A stretch of 64,000 bases of DNA from Clostridia bacterium (GCA_051866635.1 JBJDXJ010000038.1:126051-190050); one strand, 5' to 3'. Shown: positions 19,834-30,281, numbered from the stretch's first letter. The notes: generated from the letters alone by a model not told the origin. A program made the numbers and translations.

Positions 19834-20625
19834 CTACTCCCTGTATCTTTTTGAGGGGGCATATCTTCCTGCAACCTCAAGGGTAATATCGCTATCTATT
19901 TTTGCACCCTGATTTAAAAGTGCACTTTCAGTTGTGTTATACGCTATTTCCACCGTGTTGTTGTCGTTACTTAAATGAGCTAAAATAAGGTGCTTTACCC
20001 CTTGCTCGAGAAGATGAATGCACGTTGTGGCACAATCATCGTTTGACAGATGACCAACACTGCTACGAATTCGCTTTTTTAAGTCGTAAGAATAGGGTCC
20101 GTTTAAAAGCATGTCAACATCGTGGTTAGATTCTAACAAAACGATGTCACTGTTCTTTATATTTTCGTACACCGTTTTATTCATTACACCGATATCCGTT
20201 GCAATAGACACCCTTTTATCATTATGCTCAATAGTAAAGCCTACGCTTTCCATGCTGTCATGTGGGGTGGAAAAGGGGGTTACAACGCTGTCAAAAGCTG
20301 CAAAGGGAACGCCCCCTTGTATGTAACGGACGTTGTCAAACTTTATCTGACCTATCCTGCCTATCATTTTTTGCCATGTGCCGTATGTAGCATATATGGG
20401 TATATTATATCTGCGGCTTAACACCCCGGCACCTTTAATGTGGTCAGTGTGTTCATGTGTTATAAAAATACAGTCAATACAATCAGGTGCTACGCCGATA
20501 GATTTAAGGGCATTTTCAACGTATACCCCACTGTCACCGCAGTCAACAAGTATATTTGTGTTTCCTGCCTTAACAAAGGTTGCGTTGCCGCTACTGCCCG
20601 AAAAAAGGCTCTGAAGTTCAACCAT
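19834..20625 (-). CDS. MBL-fold metallo-hydrolase (YycJ/WalJ-like)
   Basis: 263 aa. It carries the HEHTDH motif, and the N-terminus LFSGSSGNATFV is typical of YycJ. Confidence 0.8.
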   Translation of the reverse strand: MVELQSLFSGSSGNATFVKAGNTNILVDCGDSGVYVENALKSIGVAPDCIDCIFITHEHTDHIKGAGVLSRRYNIPIYATYGTWQKMIGRIGQIKFDNVRYIQGGVPFAAFDSVVTPFSTPHDSMESVGFTIEHNDKRVSIATDIGVMNKTVYENIKNSDIVLLESNHDVDMLLNGPYSYDLKKRIRSSVGHLSNDDCATTCIHLLEQGVKHLILAHLSNDNNTVEIAYNTTESALLNQGAKIDSDITLEVAGRYAPSKRYRE

Positions 20626-21883
20626 TGGACACGTACACTCTTTCTATCTTAGCACCTATTGCACTAAGCCGCTCTTCTATACATTCATAACCACGGTCAA
20701 TATGGATAGGCTCGTTGATTGTTGTTGTTCCGTCAGCGGCTAACCCTGCTATGATAAGGGCGGCACCGGCACGTAAATCAGTGGCCTTTACAGGAGCACC
20801 GTAAAGACGGTCCACACCTTCAATAATAGCTGTGGGACCTGAAATTGATATATCTGCACCAAGACGCTTTAATTCGCCTACATACTGGAAGCGGTTGTCC
20901 CACACGTCTTCCGTTACCTTGCTGGAACCCTTTGCCAAAGAAAGAAGTGCCACAATCTGGGGCTGAAGGTCTGTGGGGAAACCGGGGTAAGGCATAGTTT
21001 TTACATTACAGGGCTTTAATGGCTTACTGCGTTGTACACGAATAGCATCGTCATATTCTGTAATTGAAACACCCATTTCCTCAAGCTTTGAAACAAGAGA
21101 CTCCATATGCTTGGGGATTACGTTTTTAACAAGCACATCACCGCCTGCCGCCGCCGCCATAATCATAAAAGTACCTGCTTCAATCTGGTCGGGAATAATG
21201 GAATAGTTGCCGCCTGTCAGCTTTTTAACGCCTGTTATACGGATAACGTCTGTACCTGCACCACGAATTTGGGCACCCATAGCGTTAAGGAAGTTTGCCA
21301 AATCTACAATATGAGGTTCCTTTGCGGCATTTTCAATAACTGTTCTGCCATCAGCCAATGTGGCGGCTAAGATAATATTCATGGTTGCACCTACACTTAC
21401 AGTGTCAAGATACACGTTGGCACCTGTAAGGTGGTCAGCTCTTGCAGTTACTTGACCACGGACAGTCTCAACCTCAGCACCCATGGCACGGAAGCCTTTT
21501 TCGTGCAGGTCAATAGGACGTTGACCGAAATTACAGCCACCGGGAAGAGCAACTTCTGCCTTGCCGAACCTGCCTAAAAGTGCACCTAAAAGATAGTAGG
21601 ACGCACGCATACGGCTTGCAAGGTCATAAGGTGCTTTAAAGGTAGAAACACATGAAGAATCAATCTCAACAGTGTTGGGATAAATCTTTGTAACCTTTGC
21701 ACCAAGGTAAGTAAGCATTTCCAATATAAGATTAACATCACGGATGTCGGGAACATGTTCAATGCGGCAAACGCCGTCAATTAAAAGAGCAGCGGGTATT
21801 ATTGCAACAGCGGCATTCTTTGCACCGCCTGTTGTTATTTCCCCATAAAGAGGGTTACCGCCGGAAATACGTAAGGTTTCCAT
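20618..21883 (-). CDS. murA: UDP-N-acetylglucosamine 1-carboxyvinyltransferase
   Basis: 421 aa. Motifs: GGAKNAA, LPGGCNFGQRPIDLH (catalytic Cys) and FPTDLQ. Confidence 0.95.
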   Translation of the reverse strand: METLRISGGNPLYGEITTGGAKNAAVAIIPAALLIDGVCRIEHVPDIRDVNLILEMLTYLGAKVTKIYPNTVEIDSSCVSTFKAPYDLASRMRASYYLLGALLGRFGKAEVALPGGCNFGQRPIDLHEKGFRAMGAEVETVRGQVTARADHLTGANVYLDTVSVGATMNIILAATLADGRTVIENAAKEPHIVDLANFLNAMGAQIRGAGTDVIRITGVKKLTGGNYSIIPDQIEAGTFMIMAAAAGGDVLVKNVIPKHMESLVSKLEEMGVSITEYDDAIRVQRSKPLKPCNVKTMPYPGFPTDLQPQIVALLSLAKGSSKVTEDVWDNRFQYVGELKRLGADISISGPTAIIEGVDRLYGAPVKATDLRAGAALIIAGLAADGTTTINEPIHIDRGYECIEERLSAIGAKIERVYVSNG

Positions 21884-22043
21884 TTATATAAAAACACCAC
21901 TTTCTGAAAAAAGTTGGATACACGCACATATGCAACCTATATTATAACCCGAAAATGCACAAAATGTCAATATAAAGCATGGAAGATAAGGAATATTTTT
22001 TTTGGATATGTTAACAATACATTTAAAGAAAGAGGGATGAGTA

Positions 22044-22670
22044 ATGGGGCTTTCCTTTATAAGGACAATAATTTTATACAGCTGTGTAATTTGTGCTATG
22101 CGTATTATGGGAAAACGGACCATAGGCGAAATGAACCCCACGGATATGGTTGTGACGATTATGATATCCGACTTAGCGTGCGTACCTATGCAGTCAAAAT
22201 CCACCCCATTGTGGGAGGGAATTATCCCCATATTTACCCTTGTTGTAATGGAGGTTTTCTTTGCCTTCTTAAATGTTAAAAGCCGTTGTATAAGAAGAAT
22301 TCTTGTGGGAAGAAGCTGTGTGGTGGTAAAAGGGGGGAAACTGCTCAGTAAAGAAATGGAAAAGTTAAGGGTCAGTGTAGATGATTTGGAGGAGCAAATC
22401 AGAATTCAAGGCTACACTGACCTGTCAGATGTAAGTGAAGTTATACTGGAAACAAGCGGCAAGATAAGCGTTATACCAAAAGAGTCAGGGAAGGAAGTTC
22501 CATATATAATTATTGCAGACGGCAAAATACGAGAAAATGAGCTGAAAAAGTCGGGACTAAGTATGGATAAAATCAAAGGAGAAATGGAAAAGAAAAATAT
22601 TAAATCCCTTGAGGATATTCTGTATATGAGTGGAATAAATTCCCGCATTGTATATATGCAAAAAAGGTGA
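22044..22670 (+). CDS. DUF421 (YetF-like) membrane protein
   Basis: 208 aa. The sequence RIMGKRTIGEMNPTDMVVTIMISDLA is typical of DUF421. Confidence 0.75.
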   Translation: MGLSFIRTIILYSCVICAMRIMGKRTIGEMNPTDMVVTIMISDLACVPMQSKSTPLWEGIIPIFTLVVMEVFFAFLNVKSRCIRRILVGRSCVVVKGGKLLSKEMEKLRVSVDDLEEQIRIQGYTDLSDVSEVILETSGKISVIPKESGKEVPYIIIADGKIRENELKKSGLSMDKIKGEMEKKNIKSLEDILYMSGINSRIVYMQKR

Positions 22671-22675
22671 TGTAA

Positions 22676-23086
22676 ATGCGAAGAACGTTATCGGCAGTTG
22701 TTATTCTTCTTTTGATTTTCACAATGTGGTTTTTTGAGGTGAAAACATTAAGTAATATATGCCAAGGATTAATAGAAAAAAGTGAAAGCCTTGAAAAAGC
22801 ATTAAATGAAAACGAAAATATCCAAAAGGCACAAGAGGATTTTTTTGTCCAATGGGAAAAAAGCAAAAATATACTTAATCTTATTACAAGCCACGACGAT
22901 ACAGAAGAAATTAACCTTTTATCCGTAAGGCTTAAGATATATATGGATAAACACGATGTAAAAGAAGCACTGGTGATTATGGAAGAAATAAAGGAGCATG
23001 CAAAAGAAATTACAGAAAAATCCAAAGTGGATATTTCCACAGTTTTTTACATTTCAAAGGGTGGTTTATATGCAAGCAGTAATTAA
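22676..23086 (+). CDS. DUF4363-like small membrane-anchored protein
   Basis: 136 aa with an N-terminal TM helix. It is the usual partner gene downstream of DUF421; the family assignment is from memory. Confidence 0.5.
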   Translation: MRRTLSAVVILLLIFTMWFFEVKTLSNICQGLIEKSESLEKALNENENIQKAQEDFFVQWEKSKNILNLITSHDDTEEINLLSVRLKIYMDKHDVKEALVIMEEIKEHAKEITEKSKVDISTVFYISKGGLYASSN

Positions 23087-25451
23087 TCTTACAGGCGAGG
23101 GCACAAAGTTAAGACCGTTAAACTGTGAAAAGTGCGGTGCTATGCTGAAAATGACAGCAAATACCGTCATAGGTGAAAATATCAGGCACCTTAGAAAACA
23201 TAACATTAAAAATATCCTTATTTTAGCCAGGTATATGGGAAAGGATTTAAAAAAGTACCTTGAGAAATACGAAAAAAACTCTGTTACGGTAAAAATTTTA
23301 ACTGAAGATTTAGGTGACGGTGCACTGGTGGAATGTTATGATTTTCTTGAAGAAGATTTTGTTTATTTTTCAAGTGATTTGTACACCGTATGCGATTTAA
23401 CCGCCCTTATAGAGTACCACAGGGAAAAGGATGCCTTTGCAACAGTGTTTTTACGATGCCCTGAAGGCGGCAACTTGCAGGGAAGAAGTGACGGAAGAAT
23501 TACAAAGGTACCTGAAAAACGCCTTTGGAACAGTTTTGGGGAGGATAAAAACGGGACAGGTATATATGTTTTGAAAAAAGATATTGTTAAGTATATGCCA
23601 CCTCACTCCCATTGCGACATTAAGAACAATGTGCTTCCTTCACTTATACGAAGCGGTAAAAATGTTTATGTATCCTTTGATAAGGATTGGGGGGAGAGCA
23701 TAACAGATTTTGCCTCATATATGCGTGCCAACTTTTTGCTTTTAGACAGCTACAAAAATATACACCACAAGGGAATTTTTGTGGAGGACGGTGCTGTAGT
23801 TGAAAAGGGTGCCCTTTTGGAGGGCCCTTGTTATGTGGGTTCGGGTGCTCATATAAAAAAGGGGGCAAGTATAGGTGCATACAGTATTATTCAAAAACAC
23901 GCAATTATCAGTGAAGGGGCAAATATTAAACGAAGCATAATAGGAGAAGAGTGTAAAATAGGCAAAAATTCTGCCCTTCGTGGCTGTATAATTGACGAAA
24001 AGGTTGTTTGTGGCGAAAACAGCTCTGTTTTTGAACAGGCAGTAATCGGAAAGGGATGTGTAATTGAAAAGGATTGCACAATCCGTTCCTTTGTAAGGAT
24101 ATGGCCTGAAAAAACCATTGAAAAAGGTATGAATGTAACTGAAAATATAATGTGGGGACAGAAAAAGAGGAAACGACTTTTTGAAAAAGGGGAAATATCG
24201 GGTATTGTAAATTCGGACATAACTGCATCTTTTTCTTTGAAATTGGGCGAATGTATCGGCACCGTTACAGATATGGGCGATGTGGGAGTAAGCTGTGACG
24301 GAAAAAGCAGTTCCATGATGCTTCGTGACAGCCTTATATCAGGGCTTCTTTCAACAGGTTGCTCTGTTAAGGACTTTGGCGAACAGCCCAAGGCAATAAC
24401 AAGACGTGCGGTAGGCTTTTATATGCTTTCCTGCGGTGTTGTTATAAGTGTTACCGATAAAGACGGTGAGGACTGTGCTGAAATTTCTCTTATATGGAAA
24501 AAGGGCATGGATTTGGATGATGCTACAAAAAAAAGGATGGAGGATGTATTTTCAAACGGTGATGTTGTGTACACCGAATCAAAAAACATAAAGGAATGTG
24601 AGTACCTTTTCGAGTATAAGCTATACTATCTTAAAAATATTTTAAATAAAATTGCCGAAAAAAGCGGAGCGGGAAAAGTTCTCATAAGCTGCCCTGCAAC
24701 ATGGGGCAGACGCCTTATAGCATCAGCCCTTTCAGACTTGGGCTATGGTGTGAATATGTATTCTCCGCCCGTTTCAAAAAGTGTTTCGGAAAGCGAAAAG
24801 TTTGAAAAAGCACTTAAACAGGAAGGCTTTTATCTTGGTTTTATAATAGATTCGGAATGTGAAAACCTTACCATTGTCACACCGAAGCACGGTGTTGTTG
24901 AAAAGGAAATTTACGATGCCATCTGTGCCTATATCATTATGAAAAAATATCCTGACAAAGAGGTTTATATTCCCCTTACCGCAAGCCGTATTATTGAAGA
25001 TGCAGGTAAAAAGGAGCATAGAAACGTAGTTCGTGTGGCAGACGAAAGGAAAGAGCTTTTAGAAAAACTAAGCCAAGGGGAAAAAAGCTGTGAGGAGCAG
25101 TACGTTTTAAAGTTTGACGCTGTTGGTGCAATTGTGAAAATACTTGACTTTATTTCTAAGGAAAACACCACCTTGGACAATATAATAGACGGCTTTCCCA
25201 AAATAAACATGGCACGGGCATATGTTGAAATGACAAAGGAGGAAATGGAGGGTGCAATTGAACGCATAAAAGATATTGACGGATATTATAAAAGTAACCC
25301 AGACGGTGTAAAAATCACCTTTGACAAAGGCTGGGTACTTGTTATGGAGGATAAATACCGTGACCTTTGCAGTGTGATAAGCGAAGGTGTAAGTGCAGAA
25401 ACGGCACGGGAGCTTTGTGATTTCTGCGTTGAAAAATTAATGGGAGAATAA
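23070..25451 (+). CDS. Sugar-phosphate nucleotidyltransferase / LbH / phosphohexomutase-like fusion protein
   Basis: The ORF runs 22998..25451. The likely start is ATG 23070 (MQAVINLTGEGTKLRPL). Left-handed beta-helix repeats occur around GSGAHIKKGASIGAYSII. A PGM/PMM-like C-terminal half follows. The N-terminal G-loop is degenerate (TGEGTKL instead of GGxGTRL). Confidence 0.6.
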   Translation: MQAVINLTGEGTKLRPLNCEKCGAMLKMTANTVIGENIRHLRKHNIKNILILARYMGKDLKKYLEKYEKNSVTVKILTEDLGDGALVECYDFLEEDFVYFSSDLYTVCDLTALIEYHREKDAFATVFLRCPEGGNLQGRSDGRITKVPEKRLWNSFGEDKNGTGIYVLKKDIVKYMPPHSHCDIKNNVLPSLIRSGKNVYVSFDKDWGESITDFASYMRANFLLLDSYKNIHHKGIFVEDGAVVEKGALLEGPCYVGSGAHIKKGASIGAYSIIQKHAIISEGANIKRSIIGEECKIGKNSALRGCIIDEKVVCGENSSVFEQAVIGKGCVIEKDCTIRSFVRIWPEKTIEKGMNVTENIMWGQKKRKRLFEKGEISGIVNSDITASFSLKLGECIGTVTDMGDVGVSCDGKSSSMMLRDSLISGLLSTGCSVKDFGEQPKAITRRAVGFYMLSCGVVISVTDKDGEDCAEISLIWKKGMDLDDATKKRMEDVFSNGDVVYTESKNIKECEYLFEYKLYYLKNILNKIAEKSGAGKVLISCPATWGRRLIASALSDLGYGVNMYSPPVSKSVSESEKFEKALKQEGFYLGFIIDSECENLTIVTPKHGVVEKEIYDAICAYIIMKKYPDKEVYIPLTASRIIEDAGKKEHRNVVRVADERKELLEKLSQGEKSCEEQYVLKFDAVGAIVKILDFISKENTTLDNIIDGFPKINMARAYVEMTKEEMEGAIERIKDIDGYYKSNPDGVKITFDKGWVLVMEDKYRDLCSVISEGVSAETARELCDFCVEKLMGE

Positions 25452-25581
25452 CAAAGTGTCTCCGACACTCTTTTGCAATAGTTGCCTCTAAAGCCAATAG
25501 CGGAGAAAACACTTTGTTACGCCATGTGCGTTTTCCGAGTTTGCGAGGAAATTCTCGCACGGCAATAAAATCAAAATTTAT

Positions 25582-25625
25582 TTTTTACATTATAGGAAAT
25601 GAGGAATTTCCTATAATGTAAAAAA
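25582..25625. terminator. 19-bp perfect-stem bidirectional terminator between convergent genes
   Basis: tttttacattataggaaat-gagg-aatttcctataatgtaaaaa. A second hairpin follows (acacaccgca...tgcggtgtgt, 25624-25667). Confidence 0.75.
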
Positions 25626-25676
25626 CACACCGCATTGAAGTTTAATGCTTCTTTGCGGTGTGTTTTTGTAGAGAAA

Positions 25677-26699
25677 CTACAAAAGCTCAATCAGCTTTTG
25701 CACATCTTCTGTGCTTGTTGCCCAGCTTGTGGCAAAGCGTACAACGGTATTATTGTCGTCATACTTTTCCCAATAGCTTATGGCAACTTTTTCTTTTATC
25801 TTTTTCATTTTTTCGTTTTCAAGTATAATGAAAATCTGATTTGTAGGTGAATTTATGAAAAATCGGTAACCCTTTTGGGTAAATGCCTTTTTTAACATAT
25901 TGGCAGTTTCAATTGCGTTCTTTGAAATCTCCATATACAGATTGTCTGTAAAAAGTGCATCAAACTGAACACCTAAAAGTCTGCCTTTTGCCAGCATTGC
26001 ACCATGTTGTTTTGTCAGTGTGGAAAAATGCTTTGGTGCATTGCTTTTTGTAAAAACAACAGCCTCTCCGCAAAGGGCACCGCACTTCGTGCCGCCTATG
26101 TAAAATACATCGCAAAGAGAGGCGATAACAGGCAGTGTAACAGAGGAATCGGAGGCTAATGCATAACCTAAACGGGCACCGTCTAAAAACAGGGGAATTT
26201 CATACTCACGGCACACCCGGCTTATAGCTGTAAGCTCATCTAATGTATACAATGTGCCGTATTCTGTAGGGTGGGAAATATATACCATTCCGGGATAAAC
26301 CATGTGAGAATGGCTTTCGTCAGCGTAAAATGTGTCAATATGGTTTTTTATGTCCTTTGCACTTATTTTCCCCTCTTTTTGAGGAAGGGTTATAACCTTA
26401 TGACCTGTGTATTCAATTGCACCTGCCTCATGTAAAGCAATATGACCTGTGGAACATGCAATTACGCCCTGATGCCTTCTTAGCATAGTTGCAATAACTG
26501 TCTGATTTGTCTGTGTGCCGCCTGATATGAAGAAAACTTCTCCCTCGGGACAGTTACAGGCTTTTTTTATTTTCTCCTTTGCAATAAGGGAATATTTGTC
26601 TTCGCCGTAGCCCTCAAGTTTTTCACTGTTTGTTTTGATAAGATGCTCTAAAACCTTAGGGTGTGCACCTTCAGAATAGTCATTTTTAAAATATAACAT
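25677..26699 (-). CDS. Low-specificity threonine aldolase / beta-eliminating-lyase-family PLP enzyme
   Basis: 340 aa. Motifs: NDYSEGAHPKVL, SGGTQTN, GGTKCGA (PLP lysine). Confidence 0.75.
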   Translation of the reverse strand: MLYFKNDYSEGAHPKVLEHLIKTNSEKLEGYGEDKYSLIAKEKIKKACNCPEGEVFFISGGTQTNQTVIATMLRRHQGVIACSTGHIALHEAGAIEYTGHKVITLPQKEGKISAKDIKNHIDTFYADESHSHMVYPGMVYISHPTEYGTLYTLDELTAISRVCREYEIPLFLDGARLGYALASDSSVTLPVIASLCDVFYIGGTKCGALCGEAVVFTKSNAPKHFSTLTKQHGAMLAKGRLLGVQFDALFTDNLYMEISKNAIETANMLKKAFTQKGYRFFINSPTNQIFIILENEKMKKIKEKVAISYWEKYDDNNTVVRFATSWATSTEDVQKLIELL

Positions 26700-26714
26700 A
26701 TTTTAAATCCTCAA

Positions 26715-28895
26715 TTATTCATTAAATAATGTAAGCTGTTTTTTTCCGCTGTCCTCGTCCTTAAGGTAGTAGCCTGCCGAGGGAAGTGAACGTGCCTTGT
26801 AGCCCATTGGGTCTGCCAAAAGCTCTGTTGCGGGGACAATGGATTTAAGAGTTGCCTTTTTACGAAGTGTCATTATTTGAACACCCTGAGAAGTTCTTGA
26901 AGTTTTTGTAAGAACATCTTTTGTGTCAAATACAACGCACTTTCCGTTGTCGCTGAATGCGGCAACAGATGTGTCCTCTTTAATATACAACACTGCGGCT
27001 AAAGGTGCCTTGTCGGAAAATGCACCTGTCAGGCGTTTTCTGTTAGTTTTTGTTGCATAACTCTTCATATCGATTTTTGCAATTTTTCCGTTTGTGAATG
27101 CGAAAAGCATAAAACCTTCATAGTTATTTGTGGGGACACAGTAAACAACCTTTTCCCCATTTTCCATTGAGAGAAGGTTCGGCAGATAATCACCCATGGC
27201 ACTTGCCTTTGTGTCCTTAATGTCATAAAGACGCATTTTGTAGGCATTTTGCATATCAGAGAAAAACAGCACATCCATCTTATTGGAAGCATCCCATTCA
27301 AAGACTGTTTCGTCTCCCTCTTTGAATTTATGCTCACTACTTGCACGAAGGGAAATAAGTGTTATCTTCTTGAAATAATTTTCCCGTGTCATGAATAATT
27401 TAACATTGTAGTCGGGGATATCTTCTTTGACGTCCTCAACTTCTGTATCAACAGCATCAATTAAAACTGTTTTTCTGTCCTTGCCGTACTTTTTCTCAAT
27501 TTCCGTAAGCTCATCGGATATAATCTTTTTGATTTTACGTGTGCTTTCACTTGTTTCACGAAGGTCTGCAATGTCTTTTTTCAGCATATCGATTTCCTCA
27601 ATACGCTTTATAATGTAGTCACGGTTAAGATTACGAAGCTTTATTTCAGCCACATATTCAGCCTGAATACGGTCGATATTAAAGCCCTCCATAAGGTTGG
27701 GAACAACCATGGAGTCATCGGGTGTATTACGCACAATGGCAATGGCTTTGTCAATATCAAGAAGGATTTTTTCAAGGCCTAACAATAAGTGAAGCCTTGC
27801 CTCCTTCTTTTCGGCGTCATAAATAACCCTTCTTTTTGTGCAGTTAATGCGAAAATCAATCCAGTGGGAAAGGATGCCGCGTACGCCTAAAACCATAGGC
27901 TCTCCGTCAATCAAAACGTTGAAATTACAGCTGAATGCATCCTCTAACGGGGTGGAACGGTACAGCTTTGCCATAAGTTTTTCAACGTCTGTGTTCCGCT
28001 TTAACTCTATAGCAAGCTTTAAGCCCATCTTATCGGTTTCGTCACGTACATCGTTAATTTCACGCAGCTTGCCCGCCTTTACAAGCTCGGCAATTTTATC
28101 AATAATAGCCTCGGTGGAAGCAGTATAGGGGATTTCCGTCACTTCGATAAGGTTGTTCTTTTTATCGTAGGAATATTTTGCCCTTAGTCTTACACTGCCG
28201 CGACCTGTTTCATATATCTGGTTAAAAGTATCTTCGTCACGGATTAAAAATGCACCTGTTGAAAAATCGGGCCCTGTAATGTAATCGGAAAGATTAATTT
28301 TATCATCTTTCATTAAAGCCTTTGCCGCAAGGCAGATTTCTCTTAAATTAAATGAGGCTATGTTTGATGCCATACCTACCGCAATACCTTGATTGGGATT
28401 TACCAGAATGTTGGGAAATGCCGAGGGTAAAAGTGCAGGCTCCTTCTTTGTGGAATCGTAGTTGTCCACAAAGTCAACAGTGTTTTTGTCAATATCACGG
28501 AAAACCTCTGCCGCAATGGGAGAAAGCTTTACCTCTGTATAACGTGATGCGGCAAATGCCATATCACGGCTGTACTGCTTGCCAAAGTTACCCTTAGAAT
28601 CAACAAAAGGATGTAAAAGTGCTTCGTGCCCTTCTGTAAGACGAACCATTGTTTCGTATATTGCCATATCACCGTGAGGGTTAAGACGCATTGTCTGACC
28701 TACAACGTTGGCACTTTTTGTCCTGCCGCCTTTAAGCAGTCCCATATCGTACATAGTGTAAAGTAACTTCCTGTGTGAAGGCTTGAAGCCGTCAATCTCC
28801 GGGATGGCACGTGATACAATTACACTCATGGCATAGGGCATATAATTTTCTTCCAGTGTTTTTGTAATCTGCTGTCTGCTGATTTCATTTTCCAT
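26715..28895 (-). CDS. Type IIA topoisomerase A subunit (ParC/GyrA-like)
   Basis: 726 aa. Motifs: YAMSVIVSRAIPEIDGFKPSHRKLLY and AASRYTE (catalytic Tyr). A beta-pinwheel C-terminal domain is present. No B subunit is adjacent. Confidence 0.85.
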   Translation of the reverse strand: MENEISRQQITKTLEENYMPYAMSVIVSRAIPEIDGFKPSHRKLLYTMYDMGLLKGGRTKSANVVGQTMRLNPHGDMAIYETMVRLTEGHEALLHPFVDSKGNFGKQYSRDMAFAASRYTEVKLSPIAAEVFRDIDKNTVDFVDNYDSTKKEPALLPSAFPNILVNPNQGIAVGMASNIASFNLREICLAAKALMKDDKINLSDYITGPDFSTGAFLIRDEDTFNQIYETGRGSVRLRAKYSYDKKNNLIEVTEIPYTASTEAIIDKIAELVKAGKLREINDVRDETDKMGLKLAIELKRNTDVEKLMAKLYRSTPLEDAFSCNFNVLIDGEPMVLGVRGILSHWIDFRINCTKRRVIYDAEKKEARLHLLLGLEKILLDIDKAIAIVRNTPDDSMVVPNLMEGFNIDRIQAEYVAEIKLRNLNRDYIIKRIEEIDMLKKDIADLRETSESTRKIKKIISDELTEIEKKYGKDRKTVLIDAVDTEVEDVKEDIPDYNVKLFMTRENYFKKITLISLRASSEHKFKEGDETVFEWDASNKMDVLFFSDMQNAYKMRLYDIKDTKASAMGDYLPNLLSMENGEKVVYCVPTNNYEGFMLFAFTNGKIAKIDMKSYATKTNRKRLTGAFSDKAPLAAVLYIKEDTSVAAFSDNGKCVVFDTKDVLTKTSRTSQGVQIMTLRKKATLKSIVPATELLADPMGYKARSLPSAGYYLKDEDSGKKQLTLFNE

Positions 28896-29093
28896 CAGTT
28901 ACACCACTCCTTTTAAGCTGTTACAGTATATCATATTTTTGCATTTTGGTCAAGTTTTGGGCAAATTGAGCCAAAATTTTGTTAACAAAATGAAAATAAT
29001 TACATAATTGTTAAAAAAGTTTTACAAAAAGGGTTTACAAATTGGAATTTTTATGTATAATAGGTAACGGTAAAAGAAAAAAGAGGTGTTTAC

Positions 29094-30281
29094 GTGAAAC
29101 ATACAAAAAACATTGCAAAAGATATTTTCAAAGTTATTAAGAATACAGATACAAAAGTAGTTTCAGTAGTAGTTGCTCTTGCAATTCTCCTTAGTTCAGC
29201 GGGAATTGTTACAAATTATTATACAGTAGGCTATAATGTTTACTACGGCGAAACAAATGTGGGAACTATTTTGTCCAAGGATGATGCATTAAAGGTTTAT
29301 GACGAAGTCAACAGCGATATTGAACATCGTAAAGGCAGAGGGTTGTCTGACGAGCTTAGCTTTGTTTTGACAATTGCACCTGCATCAGACGTAACAGGAA
29401 CAGACATTTACCGTAACATTGTTATTGCGGAAGATGGCGAAAACAAATGTTACAGCTTGAGTGCGGGATCTGTTACAATTGCAAAGCTTAAAACACGTGA
29501 AGAAGCACAAGAAGCTATAGCACAGTATGTTGACAGCTTTGAACGTGAAGATGCTGAAATTTACAGCGAATATACCATTTCTCCCGATGTGGATATCGTT
29601 ACTGCACTGTCGAGCGTTGAAGAAACAGTTGATGCACTTAAGGAATGTGGTCTTGTTAAGGTTTCCTACAGTGATGTGTTTGAAGAAGAAATAAGTGTTG
29701 AATTTGAAGAAATTATTGAAGAAACAGATACTTTGCCCAAAGGCTTGGAATATTGTAAGCAGGAAGGTATAGAGGGTGTTGCGGTAAAAAGATATATCAC
29801 CTTTTATGAAAACGGAAAGCAGAAGCATGACATTGCACCTGTAATTGAAATTATAGAGGAACCTGTTGACTGTATTGTATATGTGGGTACAGGTGAAGGC
29901 GGCATTAAAAAGAATTCTATTCCCTGGCCTTGCGAAGGCACATTTACATCTAAATTCGGCAAAAGATGGGGCAGAAACCATAACGGTATTGATATTGCCG
30001 CATCTATAGGGACAGCCGTATATGCTCCTGCGGCAGGTGTTGTAACATTTTCTTCAACAAAGAACGGTTACGGTAACTATATAATTATTGACCACGGTAA
30101 CGGCTTTGAAACAACATATGCACATCTTGATTCCCGTGGGGTGGAAGAAGGGGATATTGTTACGTCAGGTGACTATATCGGTGCTGTAGGCGTAACGGGC
30201 AACGTGACAGGTTCTCACCTTCATTTTGAAGTTTTATATAACGGAAATTTCGTTGACCCAATGAACTATATTGCAGGTTGA
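29094..30281 (+). CDS. M23-family peptidoglycan DD-metalloendopeptidase with a G5-like domain
   Basis: 395 aa with a GTG start and a TM anchor. Motifs: HNGIDIAA and GSHLHFEV. An extended -10 (TGtTATAAT) lies upstream. Confidence 0.85.
   Translation: MKHTKNIAKDIFKVIKNTDTKVVSVVVALAILLSSAGIVTNYYTVGYNVYYGETNVGTILSKDDALKVYDEVNSDIEHRKGRGLSDELSFVLTIAPASDVTGTDIYRNIVIAEDGENKCYSLSAGSVTIAKLKTREEAQEAIAQYVDSFEREDAEIYSEYTISPDVDIVTALSSVEETVDALKECGLVKVSYSDVFEEEISVEFEEIIEETDTLPKGLEYCKQEGIEGVAVKRYITFYENGKQKHDIAPVIEIIEEPVDCIVYVGTGEGGIKKNSIPWPCEGTFTSKFGKRWGRNHNGIDIAASIGTAVYAPAAGVVTFSSTKNGYGNYIIIDHGNGFETTYAHLDSRGVEEGDIVTSGDYIGAVGVTGNVTGSHLHFEVLYNGNFVDPMNYIAG

Noticed and set aside
22998-23069. An N-terminal 24-aa extension of the 817-aa ORF.
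   Set aside because: It overlaps the end of the DUF4363-like gene. The nucleotidyltransferase homology starts at the Met at 23070.
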